Assembly: GCA_051362555.1 (NCBI GenBank)
Contig: CM120640.1
Span: forward strand, 42,882,788 to 42,946,787
Origin: Lingula anatina
Lineage: Eukaryota; Animalia; Brachiopoda
DNA length: 64,000 nucleotides
Direction of reading: 5' to 3'
Shown: positions 1 to 11,614 of the stretch, in pieces
How the letters are laid out: every line of letters starts with the position of its first letter
Numbering within the stretch: the first letter of the stretch is position 1
The notes under the pieces: model-generated
The model's input: only the letters and a program-made list of their open reading frames with translations
Databases searched by the model: none
Told to the model about the DNA's origin: nothing
Made by a program: the position numbers and the translations under genes

Positions 1-100
1 GGTAAAGACAGTTTTCTCTCTCTGTCATTCCCTTCTCTTTCTGAATCAACGGTGCACTATACTAAATCATGTACTCCTGAGTGAAATTCACTTAACCATG

Positions 101-230
101 TCTCACCATGAATATTTCTTCGGTTCTTCTTCGGTTGCATTTGTTTGTGTTTCCTGGCGTTGTTCTCGAGAAAATAAACAACCCATTTTAGGACTGCCGG
201 CTTTTTCACTGCAGAGACGTCAAAATCAAA
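101..230 (-). other. Possible first exon (ending ATG|GTGAGA) of a gene running off the left edge
   Basis: Minus strand reads ...gaaatattcATG|gtgagac (ATG 109-107, donor 106-101) in a locally CpG-richer stretch next to the promoter palindrome at 412-425. No further coding sequence is visible. Confidence 0.3.
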
Positions 231-411
231 ACTCTCACCTTTCTAATGACCTTGATCACGTGACAAATATTGTTGTTTTATTTGGCTTTAAACCACAAAA
301 GCTAGATTCAACTTACATCATGTGAAATTTCTACAGTTATATGAACCCATGTATACTAAGAAATCCAATAACAAAAGTTAGACTTGAAAATACTTTCAGT
401 GAAAATATCTC

Positions 412-425
412 AATCTCGCGAGATT
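412..425. promoter_or_regulatory. TCTCGCGAGA palindrome (BANP/Kaiso-type housekeeping promoter motif), probable SPRYD3/left-gene promoter
   Basis: Perfect palindrome AATCTCGCGAGATT, followed on + by a candidate non-coding exon ending acag|gtaaaa at 514. Confidence 0.55.
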
Positions 426-1490
426 CGTTCCAGCAGGTGGATCTGTCTAAACATTACAGCAACAGGAGAGGGGATTTCCAATGCGAGTTCAAACCTATTT
501 ATAAGAGGAAACAGGTAAAATACGTTCATGTTAGCGTATAGACGTACCTTCACCATCCATATACCATAACGAATTTTGCTGGGGACAACATCCCATTCAA
601 AGGGTAAGCAATGATTAGTACTACATATAAAAAGTAATACTAGCACCAGTAGCGCAACCCACTGGCAGTACTACTACTGTACATGTCTAGTAAACCGAGT
701 AATTCTAGTACGCATATGATTGAATAGAGTTTATTGCTTCAACCTTTACATTGAAAGTACAATCAGCTGAAACTGAGACTAAATCTACAACATGTACAAA
801 TAATACGTACTAGTACATGAGTAACACATGGGGTATATAAATGTTTAATAGAAAAAAAATGAGGAGAAAGAAAATGAAGTATTTTTAAAAATAGAACATT
901 TTTCTGGGTGATATGTGCAAATATATGTAGTAAACCCAATGTTTTCATCTCCCTGGATCCTTTCAAAGTTGTAACACATGTAGCACTATGGTAATACTAC
1001 TTCTGAGTTGTACAACTGACTTCCCCTTTCCCAGTGGCACTGGGTAAACTATTTCGTCCAAAACAAGGCTGACATTCATTGCAAGACTAGAAGAAATTTT
1101 CGATGGAGATCTAGAATAGCACAACACGCTCTTGAATCAGTTTTATGAATCTCCAAATTTTAATCCAAGAATATTATTGACATGTTATGTTAGTTGTGAC
1201 ACCATACTGATACTCATCCCCTCAAAGCTATAGGAAACAAGATTAAAAACATTGGGTAACAAGTCATTGACCTGCAGAAGTAGTCCAGTTTCAGTCTATA
1301 AATAAGATAGCAAATACAGCCCAAATTTTTCAGGTTCAGTTAGAGTAGTATCAGTCATGGTTAACTTAGTTTGAAGCTTTTTGATAATTGCAAAGACCAA
1401 AATTAGGAACTATGCAGCTAGAAGACCAGTAATAATCAGTTTTTGATTTATGGGCTCCTTATTGAATAAAATTGGTCACTTTATTGTGTT

Positions 1491-2500
1491 TTATCCCTGT
1501 TTTGTCCAGGGTGCTTGAGGGCACATCTTCCACAAGCACATTGAGAAACCTGAAATATAATAGGGAAATTAAGAGCCTTTGTTGGAAAAAAAAAAGAATA
1601 AAAACTCTTGAGAAATAAATTTGCAGATATAAAACTTACAGATATTATTGAATCAATACAGCAATGTTCTATTGGTAGATGACTGACTGAAAAAATTAAA
1701 AATTCTGCAACTTTCTAGCGTCTGGCCATATGTCACAGGATGTGAATTAAGAAAGCAACCTGTCACACCTATTGGTCTGTATTCACATGCATCTCACATT
1801 ATTAAAATTTACATTTTGAATTTGATGTGAATACTGATATGATTATCACATGACAACAGAATTATATTTTTACCCTACCCCAGTAGCAACTTGACTTTTT
1901 TCCAAGAACTTTAACAAATACATTTTAACTGCCTTGATACACGTCATTAAAAACAGGCAATTAGTACTTCTTACAATAGCCATTAATGATGCTCACCTTG
2001 AATTTGTCTTTTCTTAGGAGTGTCCTGTGCCCTGTTCATTTTCCCTCCTGGAAGTTGCTTTATGCCACCAGTAAAGGTCATTTTGTTTTCCAGATTTTTG
2101 AGAGCAGATAATAATTTGACAGTGTTTCCTTCAGTAAACTTATTCAAAGCAGCATCCTGAAATAAGAGATGAAGGGTTAGAAACTGGTTAAGCATGTTTT
2201 TTTTTTCACCCATTTCACCACTTGCCACTCGTGTTAACTTTAAAAACAATGTGTATTTTTGTGAAATGTTCATTTTTCATAGATTGGCATTTTCATTGTA
2301 TTCATGACTTTGAAATCCCAAGGGACTGAACCCCTATGCTAGTTATAACCGACAGACAGATAAATGAGAATTTGGAACATTACTCTTACCTTTAAATTTT
2401 TGTATGCCTGTACCTTTTCTCCTTGTCGGTCTGGGGGGTATGCATTTATGTTTGCTGTCACTACCACCAAGGCTAAGAACAGTACCAGTGCTGTTTTCAT
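1491..2500 (-). CDS. Urotensin-II-like / somatostatin-related neuropeptide precursor; coding exons 2500-2390, 2156-1997, 1549-1491 (upstream in-frame Met at 2548)
   Basis: Signal peptide MKTALVLFLALVVVTANINA, spacer, KKR cleavage site, then QIQGFSMCLWKMCPQAPWTKQG-stop. The CLWKxCPxAPW core matches my recollection of the Aplysia urotensin-II-like peptide. GT-AG introns are in phase; AATAAA lies at 1485-1480. Confidence 0.85.
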
Positions 2501-4293
2501 TTGGCACTTGGAACCATAAAAGCTGTCTCTTGCTGCAGTCATTTTCATCGTTTGTCTGCAGAACCTACTGTAAAATAATTTCTACGTATGCAGGTGTTTG
2601 CAACACATATTTAAAGGATTAAAACGTGATAAATAACTTTAAGATCTGTTAATTGCAGTGTGCAGAGGTCTTGCTTAATTTTGAGGCCCCTTGCATATGG
2701 ACATGGACAATGATGTAAATAATTTTTTGAAATATCCAGCATAAGATGATGGAAGTAAAACAGGGATGAAAACAAAACTCATGGAGGTTTATTGTCCAAT
2801 GTATGCTAAGGGGTGGGACAAAGGGTCTGGGTTATCGGTCAGAGCAAGGGGGGGGGTCACCCGTGGAAATCCACAGAGTAGTATGTTAACTTGTGAGAAC
2901 ACAAGAGAACAAACCAGTACAAACCAGATTGAAGAAGGAAGGACTATCTTGTTGGTTAAAGAGTTGCATGGTATTTTAATGGAGTTGGGTATAGTTGAGA
3001 GTGATGAAGATGTCATGAAAACTGTAGACAGTGGGAATGAGCTTTTTAATTCCATGTAAATAGAGAACACTGTGGACAAGGGCATTTTTTTTCCAGAAGG
3101 AGAGTCTCAACTTCCTCATAATGTGCAAGTGCCACAGAAAATAAAACCAAGATTAGCTATTAGACTGAAGTATTACATTCCTGCATCATGTCACCCTAGT
3201 TTTTCATGAAAAACCAGCTGTCAATTCATCATATGTTTTTTTGGCATGTAGATTTTTTTGTGTTGTGTAAGAAATTGATACTAGGATACACATGAGAACT
3301 GTTGAGAATTGCAATCAACTCTCGCACCATGAAATCCTTTGAAAATTTATGAAAGATGAGGCCAGACAGCAGTCAAAATCAAACAAATGTTGCCGTTTTC
3401 ATTGTAGAAGGAGATTTCTGTATTTATTAGTTTTGAGCTCAATTATCACATTGACTGCTGGTTTGTGCAAGATTAAAAACTGATACATGATGGTTGATGG
3501 ACAACATGGTTTATCAGCTACTGGTTAATTTGATTATTTTTGTCCACAACTTGTTCATGGCATTTATCTGTTAAAATATTATAAAAATTATTACTTGTCC
3601 CCATAAATTTAACAAGAATTGGTTAATTTGCTAAACAACTATTTAAAATCCTACACTTTGTTACTGAAAGAGATTTAATGTATTTTCTTGTTATTTCACA
3701 TCAAATATGACAGCGTAATCAATTGTTTGTAAACCTGTATAAAGGAATCAAAAGTTTTGAGAAATCTTTCATTTTTTTTAACTTATGAATATGTTAACAT
3801 ATCAACCTACAACAATACTATCATTATATAGTACCTCAAATATTTTATTAATTACTGCTACATGTTTGTGAATTTATCAGCTTTGTTGTCTAGTTATGTG
3901 CCTATATTAATGATAGTTTGCTTATAAATCCATTGCTTGATTAATTGAATACATTTTTTAGTAAAAGGTAGACGTTAAAACAAGCCAGGTTGGAGGGAAA
4001 AAAATCAGTCACAGATCTAGAGACAGATGATGTATTACCCTCAGTATTTGCCCATGAATGCAACATCTAGGTCTGGATCAATATTTCCACTTGCAGACTG
4101 ATTTGTCTTTTGTAAATATAGTGCTGCCTTGTAACAGCCATAGCTAGCAGGAATGGCTCCAAGTAATGACATCTTATGGGCAAAGCTATCAATTCTATTG
4201 CACTGGTGTCTGTGCCACTAGATTCATCATTTATCAGGCATGCACAGAATATGTATGAAATTCAATGAGCTTTGCTTGTGCTTCCAGAGAGGA

Positions 4294-7200
4294 ATGAACA
4301 ATGTGATTGAACGTCGTCAAATTCTCAACCTCCTGCGTCGCCACCAAGGCCGCATGGCTGATCTAGAAGATGGTTTATTTCACCATGAACGCATCATGCA
4401 TCAGGAACCAATAGCTGATATCCCTGAGAGGAGGAAGGAGCGCTCTGAAAGAATCATTGTAGATGGGGATAACCTCAGGTAAATGTGCCACCTAGTTAAT
4501 GCAGTCAGAGCTATGGAAAATGTGAAGTTAAGAAACAAATGTGGTACTGTAGTTTTGATTTCTTATTAATGTTTTTTAGAGTTTCATGCAACAGTCACTC
4601 CCCTACTTATATGTTATTTGTCTTTTCAGATACAATGCACCTGATGAAAAAGTAGGCGTGTATATTGCTGCCCAGCCTTTCACACCAGAGCACAACTACT
4701 TTGAAATAGAAATTTTAGACACTGGCGATGCAGGTGCAATAGGTAAGTACTATACTGTGTTGTTAGGAAAAAACACATTAACATGTGTTGACTCATTCTC
4801 AGGAATGAATTTTGCCTAGTTCAAAATAATAATAATAATTGCTTGGCTCTTTAAAAATCAAATCACAGCTTCTTGTATAATACAAAAATTGTGCTAGACT
4901 GGACCATCTATTTATCTAACACAGGGAATGGACTGGTTGCAGTCATGGCTGCTTCATGTTGCCAGTGTTTAGCTTCAGTACTGAGATATACATACCATAA
5001 AAAGGCCATGTTGACTCACTGGTCTTAATGATTCAGGGAAACATTTCATACCATGCACTAAAGCAATTACTATGAGGCTTGATGCTTCAATGAAACTTGT
5101 GTCTTGACTGAAATAAAAAGCTTGATTGTGCTTGGAGGTGTGTTTAACATATCACTAATCAATAATATCTGGTTGCTTCCTATACATATCTACCAGGCAA
5201 TGTCAGGTATTGATTTTACTTGGTCCCAGACCAATTGCATCTTCTTTCTTTGACACTTGTGCAGTTGAGGAAAAGCTATATTAATATAAGCTTAGCCATT
5301 TATTTATTTTTCTTCTGTTTTACTTTATTTTATTATTTAAAGGAAGAATAAATTTCTATTCTTAAAATTTTAAATTGAAGTAATTACAGTTTAGCATTTT
5401 TGGAGTGTAAAAATGTATATGTTAAATTTCATTAAGAATATTTTATAAGAATGGTACAGAGGCTCCAGTTTTAGTTTGATGAATATTTAAAGCCAAGCCA
5501 AGTTTTAAATAAACCACATTATTACCTTATTGCCATGATGTAGAATTGTGGACCAAGTTAAAGATCGGAAAATAATTCATGTGAAAAAGCTATTGATGAA
5601 AAATGTTCGTTCAAGAATGAACTCCTTTGATTAGTTTGTAAATAAAGTGCTCTTTCAGCATTTGTAATTTTCAGGTCACATTTAGCTAAAGTATGCATGT
5701 ATTCAGTTGGAAATTTGATTTTTAAAAAAATGTCCACAAAAATTTAATCTGTCTGACATGGACATGTGTTACAACCACACTCTGCATTACTGACAGATTT
5801 CAAAGATGTGGTCATGATATCACTGTGCCTTCTGTTTGCAGCTGTTGGTCTGGTGCACCCGAGATATCCACTGGACAGGCAGCCTGGCTGGAACACGGAC
5901 TCTGTAGCTTACCATGCTGATGATGGAAAGTAGGAACTTTTTTTTTTTTGCATTAGATTTTTTTTTTTGTTAGTTGTGATGATATCACACTTTATAATTT
6001 ATTTAGTATTTGGTATTGGTGTCTGTCTCTCTAATTAAATGAAATAATTTTTTTTTTTACGAAGCTGTTGGTATATGTTTTATTCTAAAATGTTCACCTT
6101 CAAGGCTTAAAAGCACTTTGTTGGCTTCAAATAGTTGAACAGACACAATTTAGAAATAAACTGTAAATTGTTTATAAGCGTTATATACGTCTGGCAAAAG
6201 TTGAGACTGTGTAAAAGGTTATCATCAGCTACGTGCTTGCTGCCAAATATTTATCAACTAAGTTTCAAGTGTTTTTTTTTTTTGCAGATTGTTTAAGGCC
6301 AATGGTTCAGGAAGATCCTTTGGTCCCAAATGCTGTATAGGTGACAGGATGGGCTGTGGCATCAAGTTTGATCAAATCCAAAGAGAAGACAATCCTAGAC
6401 ATTTAGTTCCAGTATTTTTTACAAGGAATGGAAAAGAGGTATTTAGAAATTGTTTTTGATTATACTACACATGGAGTGTGCAAGTTGGATGAATATCACC
6501 AAAAACAGCTACTGATGTTGATGATGATATCAAAAATGCCGTGCTACATGAAAAAAAAAACATTCATATATTCTTCACCTTTATCATCAAGTTATATATT
6601 GGGCAATGTGGGATGATGCAGGACTAAAGACATTTACATATACCAGATACTGAATATTTCAGATTGGCACATTGTCAGTCCCTATTCCTGTGGATGGGTT
6701 CTTCCCAGCAGTAGGCATGCATTCAGAGGGGGAAGAAGTAGTTATCAACTCAGATGCTGAGTGGCACTATAGTGATGAAATCCTGATGTCTGTTGACGAC
6801 TGTGAAGAAGAGTGGTCTAGGCTGCACGATATCAGGTTAAATGGACAGGTATGGTGAACTTTGGATGTCAATATGAAATATTTAATGATATTTCTGACAT
6901 GAAAAGGATGCAAACCAGTATTAGGCATTTTAATGTTTTATAGCCTCATTGCATTTTAAAATAAAATAATGTTTTTTAAAATAATAATGATAATAGTAAC
7001 AGTAACAAAAATTACAATGGTCAGTGGTGGTGGTGATAAGTATTTGATATTTTTCTTGGTATTCAAGCTAATTGGACTAAATTCAAGTATTCTTTTAATT
7101 AACATCTTTATTGGTTTACTTGTGTTTTAAAGTATTATGAAATTAATTAATCTTTTTCACCATTAGATATTAGAATACACTGGACGTGGAAAAAGCATAG

Positions 7201-9144
7201 TAGATGTTGGTCTCGCACAAGCCAAACTTCCCCTAGATACTGCAGGACATTATTTTGAAATAGAAATTGTAGATCCGGGTGAAAACTGTTACATAGCTAT
7301 TGGGCTGGCTAGAAGGGTAAGCTTAACACATTAATGTATTTATTACTCAATGCATGAAATGAAAACTCTTTTCAGTGTTTTGTCATATGCTTGAAACAAT
7401 GCATCGAATTAATTTTTCAATCATGATGAAGGCAAAGACTTAAAAAAATTTTTAAATTAATTAATTAATTAATCAATTATTATTATTATTTTTTTTTGGT
7501 GAACAAAGTATTGTACCAGTAGATAACGGAGCTGTATGTGTACTGGACTGGTTACATTTCTGCCACATATTCATCTAATGTATTTTTATTGAAAAACCTT
7601 AAAAATTTGTATTTTATAGGATTACCCAAAACATAGACATCCAGGATGGAATTGGGGGTCTATAGCCTATCATGCAGGTATGTACTAGAAGATAAAAATG
7701 TTCACAGTATACAAGAGACTCTATATAATATAATATGCAAATATATCCTTACATAATGGTAAAATGTCAATATCTTTTGAATGATAGTTAAAAACCCTTA
7801 AAGTATATGTCACCATTCTTTGAAAGTCCCAACCTGACCAAAGGATGCACTACTTTTTCAGATGATGGAAAAATTTTCATTGGAAGTGGTATAGGTGACA
7901 AATTTGGTCCCAGATGCCAAAAAGGTAAATTAATTTTAATTGTTTTAAATTGAATATTTATTGAATTTTTAAAGTAGTTTCAACCCTTTTGAGGTAACTC
8001 GAAGGTTTGTTGGGTAATGAGGTCTTTGTAAGAGCGACAATTTATCTGATATAGTCGCTGAATCTTTGTTTGATTGTAACAGTAAATAGAAAAAAGAAAC
8101 TTATGTATCTTGTTAAATTTGAAGCCTATGGGTTTGTTTTACAACAATGTACGTGTCACAGCAAGCAAAATTTATTTATTAAATCGTGCCTTGTAGGTGA
8201 TATAATGGGTTGTGGTATACTGTTTCCAAGAGACTATAGCAGTGAACACGACAGCGATGAGCAGGACATGTCACCAGAAGAGATGGAAGTCAATAATGTC
8301 TATGCAGCTCCAAACTACGCAAGTTCTGACTCTGATGATGAAGAGTGGTGGGTTCACAGACATCACATGGATGGAGGGACTAAAGTCAAGGTACGGCATG
8401 ATAAAATCTAAGGTTTATTGGAAATGGTAGTGATTTATATGGACACGATTTATGTGCATTTATCTTTGGAAGGTTATGTATTTGTTTTGAAGACCTTAAA
8501 ATTATGTTGTTGACCTATCAAAATGTATTAAATGATATCTGAATTTATTTTTTGCCAGTATTGTTAAAGACAACAAATAAGATTGGCTAAAAGTAAATAG
8601 TTTTTAGACAACTATTACTGCAGTGAAAGGATCGGGTGTTTAACACAAACATGTTGAGTAGTTAAATGGATAGTGAAAAAAAACATTGTGGCACATTTTC
8701 ATTCTAACACTAGATAATGCTGAATTTAGTTAATACTTTCCAAAGGATAAGATTATCCTCAGTAAGCTTATTTTTTTTCCAATGCATAACACTGTCCGTT
8801 GTCAATGAAACACTGATACCCTCTAGAGAAACTATCCAGAGGATTACTCTCTACCAGAGGTTCGTCTAAATTTTACAAAATTGGTCAAAGGAAAGAGCGT
8901 ACCAGATAGCAGACATTTTATCCACTGGATAGGACTAATCAGCATTGATGAAACTGGGCCCAGTTTTGTAAAAAAGTTAACATGATTACAATTTAGTCTT
9001 TTATTTTAGGTATTCTTTACAAGAAATGGAAAAACAATTGGCAGCAGAGAGGTGAAGGTCCCAAAAGGAGGATTCTATCCCACAGTGGGCATGCTCAGTA
9101 GTGACGAGAAAGTACGTGTGGATTTAAGACCATTGACGGGATAG
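4294..9144 (+). CDS. SPRYD3: SPRY domain-containing protein 3; exons 4294-4478, 4630-4742, 5842-5929, 6288-6438, 6663-6848, 7167-7316, 7620-7677, 7862-7924, 8197-8390, 9010-9144
   Basis: Two SPRY repeats (YFEIEILDTG...AVGL...QPGW...VAYHADDGK; YFEIEIVDPGENCYIAIGL...HPGW...IAYHADDGK), an acidic insert, and C-terminus FYPTVGMLSSDEKVRVDLRPLTG. All introns GT-AG and phase-consistent. Confidence 0.92.
8820..8967. repeat. Probable MITE/foldback fragment in SPRYD3 last intron
   Basis: Related short palindromes tatccagaggat and tatccactggata, plus terminal palindrome aaactgggcccagttt. No matching left terminus identified. Confidence 0.3.
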
Positions 9145-11614
9145 CAGGATAAAGTGCAATTTTCTCTTGCCAACTGACAATTATCCCGCAGTTTTGTGAT
9201 GTTTTAGGCAGATTTTATTTATAATGAACTGTCATTTTATGTGACATTTTTTTCTGTTTAACAAGATATGGTTTTCTTTGTTAATAATTGCTATCATTCA
9301 CCAACATTAAGTAGCTTGTTTCATCAACACAAGTAATCAAATCTTCAGTTAGCTCTTTTGTAAGACTGGATGGTGATGTAGATGTGCTGTGTACTTAAAA
9401 AGTATGGAGACTGCATTTTACTGGAGTCTTGGCTATTTTTGATGTAAATTTTTCTTTTACCAGTTATTATCATTATAACCATCTACAATGGTTGGTGTTA
9501 TGATTAACATTTTACGTTGGAACTGAAATGGTGATTCATGGTGGGAGTGGAACAGTAGCCACAAGTTTTCTTTTCCAGTCCATAAACATGATGTGCTTCA
9601 GATGTGCCAAAAAACTTGTGCTTCCTCATGAATGTATTGTGAAGCAACAGAGTTACACAGAAACCTTTAATAACGCCTTATAGGGCAGGGTTTGAGCTTA
9701 GCATTACTGCAGATGCCTGTAATATTCTTAGATTTGCCTCTTGTACGTTTATAAAAAAAATTAATACTTTTTGACCTCATTGGGTCTGTCTTTATGCTTG
9801 CGATGTGCAAACACGGTCAATAAAACAACTATGGTGTCTTTTATGTCGTGCTTGTGTAAAAATTGTTTGAAGAAATTTCTATTTTAAAGGCTTGTGCAAC
9901 TTGGCACTCTAAGTATACGGTGCATGTTCAGGTCTTCTGTAGTGTGCTTATTTATAAATACAATACATGGTCACATGGAATTATTGTTGTAGACAGGTTG
10001 TAGGCTATAATGTTTGAACCCATTTGATGGAATGAGGTCATGAAGTGACTGTTAGAAAATTTGCTATCAAAGTCAAACAGCACGCCAGATTTAAAAAAAA
10101 AAAAAGGTTAAGAATCAAATTGCCCACTTTGAATAGCATGTTCTCTCTGAAGTATATATTTTGTGCAAAATAAAAAGTGTATGTTATAATAGTTTGTATT
10201 TGTCATGTTATTTTCAAACAAGAAACTCCCCTATTAGATTTAAAACATAAGATCATGGGGATTATATACAAGTGTTCTTTGCTTCAGATTTTATTTTATT
10301 TCAACATTAAGTTCCTGTATTCTTTTTATTGCAAACTTATATTTTTATTTGGAATCTATAATAATTAAAAGTGAAGTAAAACGGGGGGAAGATGCAGGTA
10401 TTAAAAGTGGAGACAATTTATTACAATTACTATAAAACCCAGTGTCCTTCAATGACTGGGTTTACAATTTGACTGGGAATCCCACTTGTGGATATGCCTG
10501 TGTGATAGGAAATTTCACTGTACAAAATTTACATGATATTTCGTTTTTGTACCTACAAAACAATTACTATTAGGGACTAAAAGTAAGGTGAGTGAACAAT
10601 TTTAGTCAAATGCAACTTGACGATTTCATGGCAATCTCATCAGTTCTTTTAGGACTCACTATAAACCCAATGCTACTTATTTACAGTTCAAATTTTGGAA
10701 ACAAATATATTGCAACAGTATACTGAAACCACGTGATATATTAAATACACATTCAAGCACCATTCTGATGATTACTTTATATAATACAATGTGTTGTCAT
10801 CTTATAACATGTGAAGGTTCAACAAATAATCTCCCTTTTCCCTTTATTTTGTACAATCATTTTAAAATGACATTGGGAATGATTATACAATTCTTGAACC
10901 AAATCTTCCAGTAAAGGGTCCATTTTAACTACTTACAATTAATGTGTGCTTTTAGCCAGGAATGTTTGTAAATATCTCCTTAAACTAAACTAACCAATAA
11001 CAGACAAAACAATATAAAGATACCTTCATAAACAGTGTTTGTCACAACATACAATTTTGACATAGGATGACATTAGGATGTGTATTAAACTTGAAAAGCA
11101 GTTGACAAGTTTGGTATTCCTGTAACAGGCATTCAGTCATACTACTCCTTGATACATTAATGCATGCCCTCAGAACCCCCTGCATTGCACACACAACAGC
11201 ATTCAAAAAAATTTGCATTCAATTTCTTCTAAAGGAATTCAACATAAACCTGATGTAATATTAGTATATTAAGAGGAAAAAAGTATGACAAGAAACTTTG
11301 TACAGTGATCCAGATTAATTACAACAAATGTGATATATATGATGAAATAAAAAATACAGAAATTAAATGAAATCCATAATTTGAAGGGGGAAAAAAATCA
11401 ATTTGAGATGTTGGAAATCTGAAAATTCTTAAATATAATCTCAACCTTAAACTCTACATGATACGCCCATGATTTGGTTCTTTGATTTCTGCAGTGGACA
11501 TATAGACCTAGTCCCAGTGCCTAAGGAGACATTTCCTGATGTGCACACACTGGAAGTACACGAACTGATATAAAACATCACATCTGCTAAAGTCTATTCA
11601 CTCTGCATCAATTC

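Noticed and set aside
2766-3085. Overlapping 97/98-aa ORFs on both strands
   Set aside because: No recognisable domain or splice connection; probably chance or a decayed repeat.
11184-11190. Isolated ATTGCAC copies elsewhere (also near 4197, 13645, 62070)
   Set aside because: Single, no convincing C-G-closed stems, mostly antisense to the host gene; expected by chance.
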